A stretch of 64,000 nt of DNA from Planctomycetota bacterium. Its GTDB lineage: Bacteria; Planctomycetota; UBA1135; UBA2386. This document shows positions 1 to 7,701 of the stretch, one piece after another (the first letter of the stretch is position 1; each line of letters begins with the position of its first letter). The stretch spans positions 5,312,001 to 5,376,000 of the forward strand of contig OZ245838.1 of assembly GCA_965228735.1 (NCBI GenBank), written 5' to 3'. The notes below the pieces were generated by a model. That model had not been told where the DNA came from. It did no database searches and worked only from the letters and a program-made list of their open reading frames with translations. The translations under genes and the position numbers were made by a program.

Positions 1-2010
1 GCTCCTGAGCTTGACCATGAACTGGTGGACGGCGCCGTGCGGCCCTCGCAGGTCGACCGTGAGTGCGGCGCGCGCGCTCAGATCGCGTGGTCGCAGCACG
101 ACCTCCTGCCGGTTCTGCACGCGATGCAGTTCGATCGCCCCGACGAGCTCGCGACTCTCGACAGTCTCCCCGACGAACGAGTATCGCCGATCTGGTTGCA
201 GCAGGAACGTCCACTCAGCCTGCGAGCCGCCGCTCGATCGGCGCAGGAGCCGATCGTTCGCCGCGGCGTCGTGCACCGCGATTGCATACGGTTCGAGCGC
301 GGCGCCGTTCTCGTCCTCGGCGCGGATGTGGAGCACTACGGCATCCAGTGTCAGGTCGAGGCCGGTCGAGCCGGCGGTCACTTGGCTCACGCCCTCGAAC
401 GCGGGTACGTGGCGTCCCAGGCGATGGGAGAGCTTGAACCTGCCCACAGCGAGGCCACGGAAGTGGAAGCGCCCGTGGTCGTCCGTCGTCGTTCGGCCGT
501 CGCGTACACCTGGTGCTGCGACGAGATCGGCCACGCGATCGCCGCCGTCACGCGTGCCGCGGACCTGCATCGGCACGCCGACAGCCGGCTGCCCGGTGCC
601 TAGCATGACGCGGCCGGCGATCTCACCGCTGCCGAGCAGGACGAGCGTGCCGACGTCCTGCACGTCCCGCTGGGTGAGCTGCAGCGTTCGGGTCGCGGTT
701 CCGACCTGCAGCTTGCGCGCGGCGAGCACGCACTCACCGCTCGCGACGGTGCCGATACGGAAGTCGCCGTTCTCGTCGGTCCGCATCGTGGTGAGCGGCG
801 AGGTGTCGCCGTTCGACTCACGTTTGCGCAGCGCGACGTCCGCGAACGCGACTCCGACGCCGCGATCGTCGACGACTCTGCCGCTGGCGCTGGCGCCGAA
901 AGCCAACGTGACCGTGTCGGTCTGGTCCGGCTGCATGAACATCTCCTTCCGGAGCGGCACGAAGCCCGGCGCCCACGCGCGCACCACCACCATGCCTTCG
1001 TACTCGTGTTCGACGATCCAGCGTGCGCGACCGTTCGTGTCGACCGTTGGCGTGTGGTCGAGGCGCCTCGTCGTGTCGCCGGTGGCGCGCTTGGCGTCGT
1101 CGTCGCGCAGCAGGAGCGAGGCGGTGAGGCCAGTGAGCGCGGCGCCTTCGGGCCCGGCGAACTCGAGCGTCCAGAACGGCCGTCGACCGGTCGCGCCGTC
1201 GCGCGCTACCTCCGGTTCGGTCGACGGCATCGCGGCGGCCTCGCTTCGCGTTACCGATTCCGCGGCGGGTGCGACGCTGGCGCCGTTCGGACTCGCCGCC
1301 ACGTTGCCGGTGCCAGGTTCGGGCGGCGGCGCCCCCTCGTCACCAGGGAACGCGAAGAACACGATCGTCGCGGTCGTGGCGAGCGCGAGGACGATGCTGA
1401 TGGACTTGATCATGAGCAGCACACCGCCGGTGAGACCGGCGAAGGTTCCAACCGATGCTGTCGTGACCGGTCGGGCGTGCAGGACGCGTTCGATGAGCGG
1501 CACGGCCCACGCCGCCCGGCTCCCTGCCGTTCGGTCCAGGCTCGCGCGCAGTTGCTCGATGCCGCGCTGCACGCGCTTCCTGGCAGTCTCCGATCCGACG
1601 CCGGTGCGCGCCGCGACTTCACGCGGCGGCAGCCCGTCGTAGAAACGCAGCAGCACGGCCGTGCGATACGGCTCGCTGAGCCCGCCGACGGCCTCGGCGA
1701 CCTGCCGATGCAGCGTGAAGCGCTCGACGGTCTCGGCCGCCGAGGGCGCCTCCGGAGCGGGCTCGACGTCCGCCGCGCGCCGGCGCGACTCGGCGCGTTG
1801 GCGGTCGGCCCACAGTCGCCGGGCGACCGTCCTCAGCCACGGCCGCAGCGAGCTGCGGCGTTCCGGCCGCTGCTCGAGCGCCGCTACCAGCGTGTCCTGG
1901 GCGAGGTCCTCACCGCCCTCCCGGCCGCCCACGAGGGCGGTCGCGATCGCGCGCAGCCAGCCGGTTTCGGCCAGCAGCGCTTCGACTTCGGATTTCGGGC
2001 GATCGGTCAC
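1..2010 (-). CDS. ECF sigma-70 factor with transmembrane segment and long C-terminal carboxypeptidase-regulatory-like (beta-sandwich) extension; 3' end lies beyond the window
   Basis: Missing from the ORF track because its stop is outside the window. Manual translation from GTG 2010 gives MTDRPKSEVEALLAETGWLRAIATALVGGREGGEDLAQDTLVAAL...LRPWLRTVARR (region 2) and LSEPYRTAVLLRFYDGLPPREVAARTGVGSETARKRVQRG (region 4). These are followed by hydrophobic LLMIKSISIVLALATTATIVFFAF and then SGRVVDDRG / TDENGDFRI / GEIAGRVML repeats. Confidence 0.9.
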   Translation of the reverse strand, partial: MTDRPKSEVEALLAETGWLRAIATALVGGREGGEDLAQDTLVAALEQRPERRSSLRPWLRTVARRLWADRQRAESRRRAADVEPAPEAPSAAETVERFTLHRQVAEAVGGLSEPYRTAVLLRFYDGLPPREVAARTGVGSETARKRVQRGIEQLRASLDRTAGSRAAWAVPLIERVLHARPVTTASVGTFAGLTGGVLLMIKSISIVLALATTATIVFFAFPGDEGAPPPEPGTGNVAASPNGASVAPAAESVTRSEAAAMPSTEPEVARDGATGRRPFWTLEFAGPEGAALTGLTASLLLRDDDAKRATGDTTRRLDHTPTVDTNGRARWIVEHEYEGMVVVRAWAPGFVPLRKEMFMQPDQTDTVTLAFGASASGRVVDDRGVGVAFADVALRKRESNGDTSPLTTMRTDENGDFRIGTVASGECVLAARKLQVGTATRTLQLTQRDVQDVGTLVLLGSGEIAGRVMLGTGQPAVGVPMQVRGTRDGGDRVADLVAAPGVRDGRTTTDDHGRFHFRGLAVGRFKLSHRLGRHVPAFEGVSQVTAGSTGLDLTLDAVVLHIRAEDENGAALEPYAIAVHDAAANDRLLRRSSGGSQAEWTFLLQPDRRYSFVGETVESRELVGAIELHRVQNRQEVVLRPRDLSARAALTVDLRGPHGAVHQFMVKLRS

Positions 2011-2087
2011 GACATGTTCGACTCGTCTGGGCCCGCCGATCCGGGACGAGAAATCGGCGGCCCCCGCTACACCGTACGGGCCAGGCG

Positions 2088-3119
2088 TCAGTTCGCGACC
2101 GCCGTAACGATGCTCAGCGGGCACGCCGTCGCCGTGACCCGATCGAGCTTCAGCCCGGCCCGCTCGAACATCGCGGCGAACTGCTCCTCCGTGCGTTCGC
2201 TGCCGCCGTTGCAGACGAGCATGTTGATGTCGAGCATCTTGCCCCAGCTCGGGTCGTTGCCGGGCTCGATCACGTTGTCGACCACGAAGATGCGGCCGCC
2301 GTCGTTCATCGCCTCGCGGCAGCGCGTGAGGATCTGCACGCACTGGTCGTCGTTCCAGTCGTGCAGGACGTACTTCATCATGTAGGCGTCGTGACCGGCC
2401 GGCACGGCCGCGAAGAAGTCGCCGCCCTCGAACGTGACGCGCGCCGCGAGATCGCCCTGCAGATACGGCGCCTGCCGCGCGGCCTCGATCACCTGCGGCT
2501 GGTCGAACAGCACGCCGCGGACGCCGCCGTGCTGCTGCAGCACTGCCGCGAGCAGGTGACCGCCCGAGCCGCCGACGTCGACGATCGACGTCACGCCCGC
2601 GAGGTCGATCGCGGCCGACACGGCGGGGTTCTCCGCGCCGCTGACGCTCGCCATCGCCTGCAGGAAGATGCGTTCGTCCTCGGGGTGCTGCTTCATGTAT
2701 TCGAAGCCCGTCATCCCGAGCACTTCCTCCTGCGGAATCTTGTGCTCCTTGATCCCGAGCATGAGCTCGTCCCAGCCGCGCCAGTTGTAGGACGCCGGCA
2801 TCATGCGCGCGAACCCGGCCATCGAGTCCGGCCGATCCGTGCGCAGCGTCGCGCCGAGCTCGGTCAGCGCGAAGCGACCGTCCGCGTCCTCGACGAACAG
2901 GCCGACACCGGCGAGCGCCCGCAGCAATCGATAGAGCCGGTCCGGCTGCACGCCGGCGTCCTGCGCGAGCTCGGCGGCCGTCCGACCGCCGTCCCGTAGG
3001 GCGTCGGCGATCTGCAGTTCGGCGACCGCGTAGATCATCTTGGAGATCCAGAACCCGTTGATCAGGTCGAGCATCTGGATCGGCAGCGGCTTGCCGGCCG
3101 CGGGGGGCGTCTCGGTCAT
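2088..3119 (-). CDS. O-methyltransferase (dimerisation domain plus SAM-binding Methyltransf_2)
   Basis: YRLLRALAGVGLF, IVDVGGSGG, GGDFF, KYVLHDWND and GGSERT motifs; start placed at MTETPP. Confidence 0.92.
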   Translation of the reverse strand: MTETPPAAGKPLPIQMLDLINGFWISKMIYAVAELQIADALRDGGRTAAELAQDAGVQPDRLYRLLRALAGVGLFVEDADGRFALTELGATLRTDRPDSMAGFARMMPASYNWRGWDELMLGIKEHKIPQEEVLGMTGFEYMKQHPEDERIFLQAMASVSGAENPAVSAAIDLAGVTSIVDVGGSGGHLLAAVLQQHGGVRGVLFDQPQVIEAARQAPYLQGDLAARVTFEGGDFFAAVPAGHDAYMMKYVLHDWNDDQCVQILTRCREAMNDGGRIFVVDNVIEPGNDPSWGKMLDINMLVCNGGSERTEEQFAAMFERAGLKLDRVTATACPLSIVTAVAN

Positions 3120-3336
3120 GGCGATACTGGTTATCCGTCCCTGCGCGGTGTCACGAGTCCAATCTGCTCCGGCATGCGGTCGCGCAGGGCGAGTCGAACG
3201 GCTGCGACGAACGAGGATCGAATCTCGGAACTCCCCGCCACGGGTCCCGTCCGCGGGCATCGTGACACGGGAGTTTCCCGTTCGGCCGCTCGTGGCCCAC
3301 CGCGTCCGCTCGCGCCCTTGCTCCCGGAGTCGCCCT

Positions 3337-5064
3337 TTGTCGTTCTGCAGTCGCCGTAGTCTCGCCGTTGCCGTCCTGTTCGCCGCTTCGTTCGCCCTGC
3401 CCGCCCAGGACCCGGTTGCGACCGCACCAACGAAGGCCCTGCCGTTGCCCGGCGAGGTGTTCGAGATCGCGGGGCGGACCGCGTTCGTGATCCAACCGGA
3501 GAACGACGACGACACGAGCTCACGGCGGTGGCCGTGGGTCTGGTATGCGCCGACGCTGCCACGGCTGCCGGCCGACGCCGAGAAGTGGATGTTCGAGCGG
3601 TTCCTCGCGGCCGGGATCGCGATCGCGGGGATCGACGTCGGCGAGTCGTACGGCAGCCCCGCCGGCCGCGAGCTCTACGGCGAGTTCTACGCCGAGCTCG
3701 TCGAGCAACGCGGCTACTCGCCGCGGCCGGCGCTGCTCGCGCGCAGCCGCGGCGGGCTGATGCTCTACAGCTGGGCGGCCGAGAACCCGCATTCGGTCGC
3801 GTGCATCGCGGGCATCTACCCGGTGTGCAATCTCGCGAGCTACCCGGGGCTCGCGAAGGCGAGCGGGGCGTACGAGCTCAGTGAGGCCGAGCTGCGGGCG
3901 CAACTCACGGAACACAACCCGATCGACCGGCTCGCACCGCTGGCGCGGGCGGCCGTGCCGATCTTCCACATTCACGGCGACAGCGACGCGGTCGTGCCGC
4001 TCGCCGACAACTCGGCGGAGCTGCGGCGGCGCTACGAGCAGCTCGGCGGCTCGATGGTGCTCGAGACCGTCGCGGGCAAGGGTCACGACATGTGGGCCGG
4101 TTGGTTCCAGAGTCAGGCGCTCGTCGACTTCGTCATCGCCAACGTGCGCAGCGCGCAGTCGGAGTTCACCCTGCAGGACACGGTCGTGCGCCGTATCTTC
4201 GAGGACAGTCGCGGGACGCTCTGGCTCGGCACGAACGGCAAGGGCGTGATCCGTTACGAAGGCGGCCAGCTGTCGAGGTTCGGCCAGGCCGACGGTTTCG
4301 CCGGGCACGCGGTGCGCGCGATCGCCGAGGACGCGGCGGGCAACGTGTGGTTCGGCGCGTCGGGCGGCATCAGCCGCTACGACCATGAGAAACGCACGTT
4401 CCGGACCTTTACCGATGCGGATGGTCTGGTCGGGCGGGACGTCTGGAGCCTCACGATCGATCGCCATGGCACCGTTTGGGTCGGCACGCTCGCGGGCGTG
4501 AGCCGGTTCGACGGCGAGGCATTCACGCCGTTCGAGCTGCCGGCGTCCGAGCCGGACCCGTGGCGCGGTGTCACGAGCGCCAACGTCGTGCACTGCATCC
4601 GCGAGACGCGCGATGGCCGCATGTGGTTCGGCACCAACGGCGGCGCGTACATCTGGGACGGCAAGTCGCTCGCGAACCTCTCCGAGGCCGACGGGCTGTC
4701 CAACCGCGTCGTGAACGACATCCTCGAGGACCAGGACGGCAACATGTGGTTCGCGACGCACCACGCCGGTGTCTGCCGCTACGACGGCAAGACGTTCCGT
4801 CACTTCGGCGAGGAGGACGGTGTCGTCGGCACCGAGGCGTGGTCGTTCCATCTCGATCGCAAGGGCCACGTGTGGTTCCCGGTCGAGAACGACGGCGTCT
4901 ACCGCTTCGACGGCAAGTCGTTCACGCGCTTTCACGACGAACAGGGCCTGGTGTGCGGCGCGGTGCAGGCGATCCACGAGGACCGCCAGGGTCGCGTGTG
5001 GTTCGGCGGCTGGATGGCGCTGTTCTGCTTCGACGGCGGGCGGTTCATCCGGTATTCGAGGTGA
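3337..5064 (+). CDS. Exported alpha/beta hydrolase fused to two-component-regulator-type beta-propeller repeats
   Basis: Signal-like N-terminus (start uncertain, TTG 3337); ARSRGG nucleophile elbow, HGDSDAVVP and GHDMW; then repeated EDxxGnvWFGT..G...YDG units. Confidence 0.82.
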   Translation: MSFCSRRSLAVAVLFAASFALPAQDPVATAPTKALPLPGEVFEIAGRTAFVIQPENDDDTSSRRWPWVWYAPTLPRLPADAEKWMFERFLAAGIAIAGIDVGESYGSPAGRELYGEFYAELVEQRGYSPRPALLARSRGGLMLYSWAAENPHSVACIAGIYPVCNLASYPGLAKASGAYELSEAELRAQLTEHNPIDRLAPLARAAVPIFHIHGDSDAVVPLADNSAELRRRYEQLGGSMVLETVAGKGHDMWAGWFQSQALVDFVIANVRSAQSEFTLQDTVVRRIFEDSRGTLWLGTNGKGVIRYEGGQLSRFGQADGFAGHAVRAIAEDAAGNVWFGASGGISRYDHEKRTFRTFTDADGLVGRDVWSLTIDRHGTVWVGTLAGVSRFDGEAFTPFELPASEPDPWRGVTSANVVHCIRETRDGRMWFGTNGGAYIWDGKSLANLSEADGLSNRVVNDILEDQDGNMWFATHHAGVCRYDGKTFRHFGEEDGVVGTEAWSFHLDRKGHVWFPVENDGVYRFDGKSFTRFHDEQGLVCGAVQAIHEDRQGRVWFGGWMALFCFDGGRFIRYSR

Positions 5065-5258
5065 ATACTGCGCTGGCGTGATGGCCTCGCCTGATGCGCA
5101 CGCGGCGGCTCGGCTTCGGCGGCTAGTGCATTCGCGGGCGGGGGTGGTCGCGAAACGAGACGACCTCGCCGTTTCTAGGTCTTTCTATTCAGTCGAGCCG
5201 TCGACCTGGCCGAACAAGAGGGGGTCAGCAAGAACCACGGCCAGACAGGAAGAAGATC

Positions 5259-5600
5259 ATGAAGCACAGAGACCCCCGCCCCGATCGCAGCACCTCGCAG
5301 GTCACCGGCCCGGCCCGGACCAAAACCGATCAGCTCGCGCGCTGGAAGCGGGCCTCGTTGCGCGACGAGGCCCAGCGGGCCGCCTGGCAGCTCGGGGCGC
5401 TGCTCCGGCGCGCCGAGCACGAAGCACCGGAAGTGCATGTGAAACTTCGGGTTGCGATCGAGGCGCTGCAGCTCCTGCGGGCCCGGTTGGTGCTCGAGGA
5501 CCGGGCCGCGATCCCGGCTGGCCTGCGGAGCCGCGTGCCGGCGCCGGGCCGGATCGCCAGCCCGCTGCGTGGCGAGGCTAGCCAGGGCGAACTTTTCTAG
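5259..5600 (+). CDS. Hypothetical helical protein ending in QGELF (beta-clamp-binding-like motif)
   Basis: AGGAAG upstream of the ATG, coding-like codon usage, C-terminal ...SQGELF-stop. Confidence 0.6.
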   Translation: MKHRDPRPDRSTSQVTGPARTKTDQLARWKRASLRDEAQRAAWQLGALLRRAEHEAPEVHVKLRVAIEALQLLRARLVLEDRAAIPAGLRSRVPAPGRIASPLRGEASQGELF

Positions 5601-5648
5601 CCTTCGCGCTCAGGTTTCTCGGTCGATCACCCGATGGAGGGAGTCCCG

Positions 5649-6086
5649 ATGGCTACGAGCGAAATCGAGATCCGGATCGGTCCCGTCGAACTGACCTGCC
5701 GCGGCGAGGTCGACCAGGAGCAGCTCGACGGAGTGCTGCGGTCGTTGCGCCGCCAGCTGCCGGAGCTCATGGCGCAGAGCGATGCGCGCGCCGTGCCCGC
5801 CGCGGGCGAGCTGCTCGCCCGGTCGTCGGCGAAGACGCACGGCGACAAGGCCGGTGTCATCGCGTGGTGGCTCGAGACGTTCTCCGGCCGCACGGAGTGG
5901 CGCAGCGGTGACATCACCGACGCGCTGACCGAAGCCGGCGAAGAGCTGCCGAAGAACATCACGGACACGCTCAACCAGAAGCGCGACAAGGGCCTCTTCG
6001 AGGTCAACGACCGGCGTTGGCGCCTCACGGACGAAGGGCGCGGCTGGGTGAAGTACGCGTTGCTCGACAAGGGCGATATCGATTAG
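5649..6086 (+). CDS. Hypothetical protein with C-terminal winged-helix-like domain
   Basis: GGAGG RBS before MATSEI; ITDTLNQKRDKGLFEVNDRRWRLTDEG resembles a wHTH recognition helix and wing. Confidence 0.75.
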   Translation: MATSEIEIRIGPVELTCRGEVDQEQLDGVLRSLRRQLPELMAQSDARAVPAAGELLARSSAKTHGDKAGVIAWWLETFSGRTEWRSGDITDALTEAGEELPKNITDTLNQKRDKGLFEVNDRRWRLTDEGRGWVKYALLDKGDID

Positions 6087-6174
6087 CGCGGCAGCATCTC
6101 GATTCGACAAGGGCGATATCGAGTAGCGCGGCAGCATCACGATTCGGTAAGGGCGATATCGGTTAACGCGGCAG
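6064..6174. repeat. Degenerate 40-bp tandem repeat, about 3 copies, beginning inside the 3' end of the wHTH gene
   Basis: Units start at 6064, 6104 and 6144: tcg(ac/gt)aagggcgatatcg..ta.cgcggcag. Confidence 0.92.
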
Positions 6175-6228
6175 GAACAAACGGCGGAATCCGCGAGGAG
6201 TCCGCGCCCGCGCGGCACTGCTCCCGGT

Positions 6229-7653
6229 ATGCGCGCCTTCCTGCACGTCGTGTCGTTCGCCCTGGCAGCGGCCTTGTCGATTCGGTCGGAGCTGCCGGCC
6301 CAGTTCGGCTTCCGCGCCGGCGATCTGTTCCTCTACACCCCGTCGACGGTCACGAACGGCTACATGCTCCTCCGCATCGATCCGCTGTCACCGACGCCGA
6401 CGCCGCTCATTCACTTCGACACGACGTGGATCGCGCAGGCGCGCGATGGGGCGTGCTACGACCCGGCGCGCGATCGCATCCTCGTGAGCGCCGGCCTGAC
6501 GAGCTCGACACCGGAGCTGTGGGCCGTCGACTTCCTCGGCAACGCGACCAGCCTCGGACACTCGGGCTACTGGCTCAACCAGATGACGGCGCGCGGTGAC
6601 GGCATCGTCTACTGCACGCAGGTGCCCGGCACGCTCACCGAGATCCTCGTGCTCGACTCGATCGGCGGGCTGCAGCCGCTGATGGACTCGGCGGGCGCCG
6701 CGCCGTTCGTTGCGCCGATCTTCGATCGGATGATCTACCACCCAGGTGAGAACGCGCTCTACCTCGCCGAGAACGCGTGGTTCACCGGCGCCTGTTCGCC
6801 GGGCACGTGGACCGGCGACATGATCAACCTGCACCGCGTCCCGCTGACAGCGAACGGCATGCGCGTCGCCGGCCCCGTGACGTGCGCGTCGCTCGACATC
6901 TCGACGTCGGCGCAGGCCGCGACTGGCTGGAGTCTGCTGCCGGGCGGTGACCTGCTGCTCGTCGTCGACACCAACAGCAACAGCCTCGAGCCGCGCATGC
7001 AGCGGATCGATCCGACGACGCTCGCAGCGAGCACGTTCGCGAGCAACGGCCCCTACATCGGCGCGGCCAGCAAGCCGGCCGGCATCTGGTCGAACACGCT
7101 CGGCAGGGCCGTGCTCGTCGATACGTACTCGCACGTCCTGCGCGCCTTCGGCCCCGGCGAGGCGGGAGCGGGCACGGTCCTGCCGCCCGTCGGCGTCACG
7201 TTCCCGGCGTTCAACCACAGCGTCCTGCGGCTGTTCGAGATCGGTCCGGTCGCCACGACCGCGAGCCTCACGGGTTCGCCGCGCGACGTCTCGCTCGCGA
7301 CGGGCGGGCTGCACACGCTCGAGTTCGACAGCGGCACGCAGGGCGGCGCGATGTACTGGATCCTCGGCTCGATCAGCGGTTGGAACCCGGGGCTCGACGT
7401 GCTCGGCACGACGGTCTGGGTGCGGCCGGACTTCTACACCAACTACACGATCAGTTCGCCCAACGCGGGGATCCTCAGCGGGACGCTCGGCGGCGTGACG
7501 GCGGGCGTGCCGTCGATCGCCACGGTCAGCGTGCCGCCCGCGTTGCCGCCTGCGCTCGCCGGCATCGTCGTGCATCACTGCGCCGCGGTGTTCGACACGG
7601 GGCTCAATCCGCTCTACGCGACCAACCCGGTGAGCCTGCGACTCGTGCCCTGA
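6229..7653 (+). CDS. Exported beta-propeller-like protein with planctomycete-type C-terminal domain
   Basis: Signal peptide ending ...LPAQ, beta-rich repeats, C-terminal SLATGG...YWILGS...PDFYT...ATNPVSLRLVP. Confidence 0.75.
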   Translation: MRAFLHVVSFALAAALSIRSELPAQFGFRAGDLFLYTPSTVTNGYMLLRIDPLSPTPTPLIHFDTTWIAQARDGACYDPARDRILVSAGLTSSTPELWAVDFLGNATSLGHSGYWLNQMTARGDGIVYCTQVPGTLTEILVLDSIGGLQPLMDSAGAAPFVAPIFDRMIYHPGENALYLAENAWFTGACSPGTWTGDMINLHRVPLTANGMRVAGPVTCASLDISTSAQAATGWSLLPGGDLLLVVDTNSNSLEPRMQRIDPTTLAASTFASNGPYIGAASKPAGIWSNTLGRAVLVDTYSHVLRAFGPGEAGAGTVLPPVGVTFPAFNHSVLRLFEIGPVATTASLTGSPRDVSLATGGLHTLEFDSGTQGGAMYWILGSISGWNPGLDVLGTTVWVRPDFYTNYTISSPNAGILSGTLGGVTAGVPSIATVSVPPALPPALAGIVVHHCAAVFDTGLNPLYATNPVSLRLVP

Positions 7654-7701
7654 TTCGGCGCGACGCGGGCGAACGCGGGCCGGCGGGCTTACGGTCTCGG
7701 C

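Noticed and set aside
11..1642. Long + strand ORF, and similar long overlapping ORFs such as 6388..10506 -, 17216..19114 -, 38364..40988 +, 42275..44911 - and 53990..56920 -
   Set aside because: These are antisense or frame-shadow ORFs of real genes, expected at very high GC. They are rich in R/S/A/P and have no recognisable motifs.
6064..6174. Possible mini-CRISPR array
   Set aside because: The units are contiguous near-identical 40-mers with no unique spacers, and there are no cas genes in the window.
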